Shown here: positions 58,601-64,000 of the stretch, in pieces
Numbering within the stretch: the first letter of the stretch is position 1
Layout: each line of letters starts with the position of its first letter
NCBI RefSeq assembly: GCF_026571515.1
Contig: NW_026857783.1
Location: forward strand, 178,878-242,877
DNA: 64,000 bases
DNA from: Ruditapes philippinarum
Lineage: Eukaryota
Reading direction: 5' to 3'
The notes under the pieces: generated by a model
Told to the model about the DNA's origin: nothing
The model's database searches: none
What the model saw: only the letters and a program-made list of their open reading frames with translations
Made by a program: the position numbers and the translations under genes

Positions 58601-60149
58601 TTAATTTAGTCATACAGACCTGTTTTTTTTTCTCAGTTGCATGCTATCTAGTACGGTACAGCCTTAGCAGAAAATAATTGGACATCTTAATTGACATCTT
58701 GTTGAGTATAACAACATATGAAGTAAATGTTATATCTTGTCATAAAGAAGCAAAGTTAATGTTTAAAATTTAAGAGTACTTTTTGTATGGACGGTTAAAC
58801 ATTAAACCGATTATTATGTTGCTGTTTAAACGTTTAGCATATAAGCTAAACTTGACACCCCTACTTTGAATGGATTGTCCTTATTTCCAAGCAGGACAAA
58901 TCCATTACATAAAATCAGCATGTTAAGGATTTAAATGCTCTACTATTATTAAATACTGTAGTGATAAAAGTTATTTTCTTTTTATATTTATTTATAGGAA
59001 CTGCTGTATATATATAGTGTATATAATTGTATTTTTATTCTTTATGCTTTACAGTTATCATTGTAGATCTATTTGTTTACGCAGAATAAGTAATAATTTT
59101 GAATCGATTTAATAAATTTGAGGTTTTTTTTAGAATTTTTTACATGTTTTGAAGTGTGAATAAATAAATCAGATGTTTACCATGATCTTATTTTCTGTAA
59201 TTTACAAGTGAATGTTTCAAGCTTCTGAGTTTGGAACTGTCAGTTATCATTTTAAGGAACATCAAAATGTAAATTTTAAGTTTAAATCAGCCATCAGTAC
59301 AATTCCTACACAGCTTAGATAAGGTATATATCCAAATTGTTCAGGTTGTTGCCTTCACTTACATTGAACCTTTAGTCTTTGTTCTGTTGGAGTCATATCA
59401 TGGGTTAAGATTTCTCTCCTGTGAGGAGGATGTATCCAGCTTGACTTCTAACAAACCCCATCTTGGTTAAATCATACAGAATAGAGCACTGATCCAAGGC
59501 CTTGCTATACCAGTAAAGCTGAAAAGTTATCGCTTGGCTTTTACAGTGTTGGTATCATTTTAATTAAACATATCTATTTTACATCAATTTTTATAATTTT
59601 GGGGTTTGTTGATTTACACTTGGTCAAAAGAACTCATATTACAAAACTAATATGTTTAGTAATTCAAATATGACCTTTATTTAAATTTGACCATCAAGGT
59701 TAAATATTGAAATAAGCTTAGATTATCTTAACATTGTTGTGATTTATACAGAGATCAAGGTGAAGGTATTATAATTCCCTTCAATTTTCATATCTTTTGT
59801 TATTTATTTACAGATTTGATATTTACTTAGAGGAAAGAACACATGATAAAACTGACAATTTGAACTATTTTGATATGACTTTGACCTTTCATTGACTTGA
59901 CTATAGAAATTGGCTTAAATTGCCATAAATTTGTTATTTATGTATTCTTAGACAAAACAAAAGAACACTTATGACAATTGTACACTTGTGACAAAACTGA
60001 CAAGATGATAAATTCAAGTGTGACCTTGATGTTTGATTGACCTTGACTATGAAGGTCAAATATGAAATTTGAATTATATTTTGTCCTTGAAATTTATGTT
60101 TTCTTAGATTATTTTTTACTACAATATTCAATTCAATTTATCAATATGT

Positions 60150-60400
60150 CTACTTGTAAACCTTAATAGCTGAGTTAAGGTTACTGACTTCAATTATTTT
60201 GCTTACTACCTATTATATGGGTTTGAATCCCATCATGGACTTTGGATTCCTTCATGTGAGGAAACTCTAGAAGGTTGGTGGTCCTACTCTGGTGCATACT
60301 TGTAACTGTAATAATGTAGAGAGGGACACCTGGTGTCTTTCTATATTGGTCAAGCTAAACAGTAAATTTTAATGACCTGCTAACTGTTTGTGAGAAATAT
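60150..60400 (+). repeat. SINE-like family A copy
   Basis: gggtttgaatcccatcatggactttggattccttcatgtgaggaaactctagaaggttggtggtcctactctggtgcatac is homologous to 180-300 and 3090-3190. Confidence 0.45.
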
Positions 60401-60824
60401 ATGTCATAATTGGTTTGAATCAACATTTAATTGGTTAAATGGAAATATTATTCCTTACTGTTATGGAAACATAATGTGCTTTTGCTGAAAACCAAAATGT
60501 TTAAAGTTAGCCAACCTGCTTTTTGTACTATAAACAAACTTTAATTTGAATACAGAAGTATTTGTTATAAAATTTGGTGCTGTCTTATAATGTTATGTTA
60601 AAGTTACAGGGTTGAAAAAATTACAAAAATTATTTGTTATTTTAAAAAAAAGTATAATCCTTAATCATATACCTGTGCCGATTCTGCGACTGAAAATATG
60701 GTATTGCATGGCCATGCATATATTTTGACTTGACGTCATTAGCAAAAAATTTTATCGTTATACTATAGGCGCTTCAATGCAACTTATTTCACTTTAAATG
60801 GTCTTTATTTTGGGTATGTGATAA

Positions 60825-60970
60825 ATAGAATATTAAATTCATGTAAGTTCATTACTGAAATTTATTGAACTCATTGAACAAAATAATATTATGCTCGCCA
60901 GAGGCTCGCATAATATAATTTTATTCAACTCGTGCAATAAATTCAGTATTGAACTTGCACTTATACAATA
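60825..60970. repeat. hairpin (palindromic) MITE-like family C element
   Basis: ttcattactgaaatttattgaactcattgaacaaaataatattatgctcgcc | ggctcgcataatataattttattcaactcgtgcaataaattcagtattgaac; arms are near-perfect reverse complements. Confidence 0.55.
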
Positions 60971-61597
60971 TCCTCTATATAATTAATAAATGCAAAGTGT
61001 TTTCCTTTTCCACTTTTTTGCCCTAGGTAGTTTTTTTTTGTTTTTTTTTTTGTTGTTGTTGCTAGGGTCAATCTTCTAGAAAATCATGAATGTTATTCAC
61101 TTTAATACACCTGTTTCTACTTTGTTTTTAATTGTTTAAGCTCACCTGTGCCATTGTGAGCTTTTGTGATCGTTTTTCTTCTGGCGTGTGTCCGTAAACT
61201 TTTACTTTAAACTACATCTGCTCATCAACCACAAAGCCATTTTCATACAAACTTTACAGTTTTGTTCTGCAACGTGGCCGCCCAGCCACTGTTACAAAGG
61301 GATTCGTCTGAACCTGGCTTGAGGCTTTGATACACTTATTTTATAATGGAAGCTTGACAACGGAGGCGATAAACATTTAACACATTTTATTTAACTAGAA
61401 ACCTTAACAATGGAAATGGTAGCATATGGTGATTATTAAGAGTAAGTGTATAAGATGGTAATATTACGATAAATGTTCTGTTTAATAACAAGTATCCTTC
61501 TGTATATAAAGTTCACGAGTTCCTTCTTACTCTATAACAAGAGCGATCAGTAATCACATGTGTCGCCTCATAATGGCCAATTTCATGTTGGGACAAA

Positions 61598-62410
61598 TTT
61601 TGTGACAGACGGACAGACAGACGGACAGTGCACAACTAGACTTGGTACTGATCAATCATGTAAAGTTTGGATAAAATTGCACCAGTAGCTTATGAGGATT
61701 AGTCCGGACAAGCTTTTGCGTATCTGGCAACACACAGAAAAAAACACCTTTTTATCAAAGGGCCATAACTCAGGCAAAAATCATTCAACCGGAAAACTCG
61801 TGCAATATGCGCAAGGACTTGAGCTACAGATCAATCCTGTAAAGTTTCATTGAAATTACATAAGTGGTATAAGAGAACTAGTCCGGACAAACTTTAAAAA
61901 AAAAATTATTAAAGGGCCATAACTCTGACAAAAATCATTGAACCGGAAAATGCTGACAATATGCACAACTAGACTTGGTACTGATCATTCCTGTAAAGTT
62001 TGGATGAAATTGCACCAGTAGTTTATGAGGAGCAGTCCGGACAAGCTATTGTGTATCTGGCAACACACAGAAAAAAACACCTTTTTATCAAAGGGCCATA
62101 ACTCGGCCAAAAATCATTCAACCGGAAAACCCTTGCAATATGCGCAAGGACTTGAGCTACAGATCAATCCTGTAAAGTTTCATTGAAATTGCATTAGTGG
62201 TATAAGAGTAGTAGTCCGGACAAACTTTTAAATTAAAAATTATTAAAGGGCCATAACTCTGACAAAAATCATTGAACCGGAAAATGCTGACAATATGCAC
62301 AACTAGACTTGATACTGATCATTCCTGTAAAGTTTGGATGAAATTGCACCAGTAGTTTATGAGGGGTAGTCCGGACAAGTTTTGTGACGGACGGACAGAC
62401 AGACGACGGA
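61598..62410 (+). repeat. ~330-bp tandem repeat x2.4 flanked by direct (GACGGACAGACA)-type repeats
   Basis: ttttgtgacagacggacagacagacggacag at 61598 and ttttgtgacggacggacagacagacgacgg at 62380 bracket units tgcacaactagacttggtactgatca.tcctgtaaagtttggat.aaattgcaccagtag.ttatgagg..agtccggacaagc... Confidence 0.7.
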
Positions 62411-62799
62411 GAAGTGATCCCTATATGTCGCCACTACTCCGTAGAGGCGACACAAAAATACTTCAGTTCAACTTAAGATAATATATGTGAAAGAAATAGT
62501 CACTTATTTAGTATATAAGTTATTCCACTGAATGTTTATGTTCAATTTGATATGATTATGGTTGTGTCAGTTAGTTAAAAGTCAGCTTGATAACATCTTC
62601 ACCAGTGTAAGAGAGCAATCGTCACTTTATCACGTTATTGTTGATTAAGAATAAAGATATCTAAGTGTTCATCTTTTGTTCATCTCGGCGAGTACACTTC
62701 TTCCAGGTTTTAAACATTAGTGAAAAAGGAGTACTTTATATTTGTAAAAGGTCCATAGTCTTTAGTGTGTCTCTTTATTTAAGGTACTCTTCAACAATA

Positions 62800-63960
62800 C
62801 TTATATATATAAATGAGGTTACTATCAAAAGTTAATCCCCTTGACGGTTCTGTAGAAATGAGAGGATTTTATTACTGCTTGTAGCACTGTATTGACCGTA
62901 GTATGTACATTAAATTCTGAGATGTTTGACAATAATGTTACTTCCTCAATCTCTCTTGTAACTATAGTGAGGTGGTAGCTCTAGAAGAATAGTATCTGAC
63001 GGTAATTGGTCAGATAGACGGTAGGATACCACAAGAAGTAGTAGTGTATAGTTTCTTCTCACAGATATAATGGTAAATTGCAACAGGACGGTAAAGTAAC
63101 ACTTTGGATATCAACGATGAGCAAATTTCCACACACTTATTTATAAATGCGACGGAATAGTAGATCAAAAACCAATCACACTGATGACACTTGTAGAAAT
63201 AATTCTATTTCAATATATTGACCGATATGGTTTTGTAGTCGATATTTAACACAGATGGTATTATATGTTGTTGGGAATTTCAACAGCACCACTTCTTTAT
63301 TAAGGTTAAAAACAGACTCCTTACTCAATAATTGTTGACGGTTCTCACTTAGAAATTCATTCCTATCGGCGACACTGTAGCACTGAATATATATTTATCC
63401 TTAAATGACACTTTACGGTAATTAAAGACATCACACACTTGCAGAATTATAACTATTTGATTATGGATCAGATTATAAAAGGCACTTATACTGACGGTTA
63501 TTCACAATAAAGATGACACTTAAGCACACAATAAAACACTGATGATCCCTTATGTAATTACTTAGAATATAATTAAGATGACGGTAACCAACACTGACGA
63601 CGTTCCTCTCCGTTGGTAGTAACACTTTACATTAATTATATTTATGAAGCACTGATATTAATTAGATCAGGTGATCTTTATTGCTGCATTAATTTCTTAC
63701 ACATTACCACACTAAGATATTTGTATATCCATGAAAAAGCACTGACGGTTATATTGAACACTTCCTTTGGATTTCACATTCACTCACATAACGGCACTTT
63801 ACCCTTAAAACAGCTTAATAATGACGGTATTTTAATCACTGAAGCACCGACGGTTCTTATGGTCATTGACGGAACTATAATCACTTAAACACTGACGGTT
63901 GTTCTGGTCACTGACGGTAATTTCGGACCTTAAATTTTAACTTTATTTAACGGTACAAAA
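62800..63960 (+). repeat. degenerate satellite / motif array with ~20 copies of (A/G)CACTGACGGT(A/T), runs to window end
   Basis: e.g. aacactgacggttgttctggtcactgacggtaatttcgg, gcactgacggttatattg, agatgacggtaaccaacactgacgacgtt, ttgacggttctc, tctgacggtaattggtcagatagacggtag; spacing ~20-90 bp. Confidence 0.55.
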
Positions 63961-64000
63961 ACTACGGTTTTAAGAAAAATTATTTAAAACATTTTTTCCT

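Noticed and set aside
1-64000. Prokaryotic operon or defence-system reading of the six-frame ORF track
   Set aside because: Coding signal is fragmented into short exons with canonical GT-AG boundaries and polypyrimidine tracts. There are no RBS or operon structures. The supportable genes are eukaryotic, so no bacterial-type system is called.

Overview
This window is eukaryotic, not prokaryotic. It is AT-rich, has GT-AG introns and poly-pyrimidine acceptors, and is saturated with MITEs, SINE-like elements and satellite-bearing TIR elements. The repeat content suggests a bivalve-mollusc-like genome, but species is not determined. Essentially all supportable coding signal lies on the + strand. 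It chains into one very large multi-exon gene whose 5' end is upstream of the window. I resolved 38 exons between 639 and 54397; the concatenated CDS is 6639 nt (2213 codons), and every junction is phase-compatible with no internal stops, ending at TAA 54395-54397. The N-terminal two thirds is clearly a vault-PARP (PARP4-like) protein. It has a PARP helical plus catalytic domain with the H-Y-E signature retained, a VIT domain, a VWA domain with a DxSxS MIDAS motif, and a TSFVA-type C-terminal VIT/VWA-family motif. Downstream and in frame come further modules. These are a split ubiquitin-like domain, a near-perfect Ykt6-type R-SNARE helix with no longin domain or CCAIM box, an acidic exon with a ribosomal P-stalk-tail-like SDDDMGFDLFGG motif, and a 1.28-kb low-complexity exon with MAPQLQQ, PSFGFGATTGASP and PPPPGGAPRP repeats. 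A hydrophobic C-terminal domain follows, possibly the PARP4/VWA5A-type tail. Whether this is one mosaic gene or two to three tandem same-strand genes cannot be settled from sequence alone; RNA evidence is needed. Introns and the 3' flank are packed with repeats. There are six copies of a 235-bp MITE (TIR GAGCCGCGTCATGACAAAACCAAC) and a 31-bp minisatellite derived from that MITE's core. A superfamily of TIR-bounded elements (ATGCCCCCAC..GTGGGGGCAT or TATACCCCCG..CGGGGGTATA) carries (GTCC)n heads and internal 140-180-bp satellites. Several other TIR elements, B-box-containing SINE-like copies and poly(A)-tailed SINE-like copies are present. A dense CACTGACGGT-motif array reaches the window end. 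Two introns show tandem duplication of the splice-site region itself, giving decoy acceptors or donors. No rRNA, bona fide tRNA, CRISPR or prokaryotic operon structure is present.
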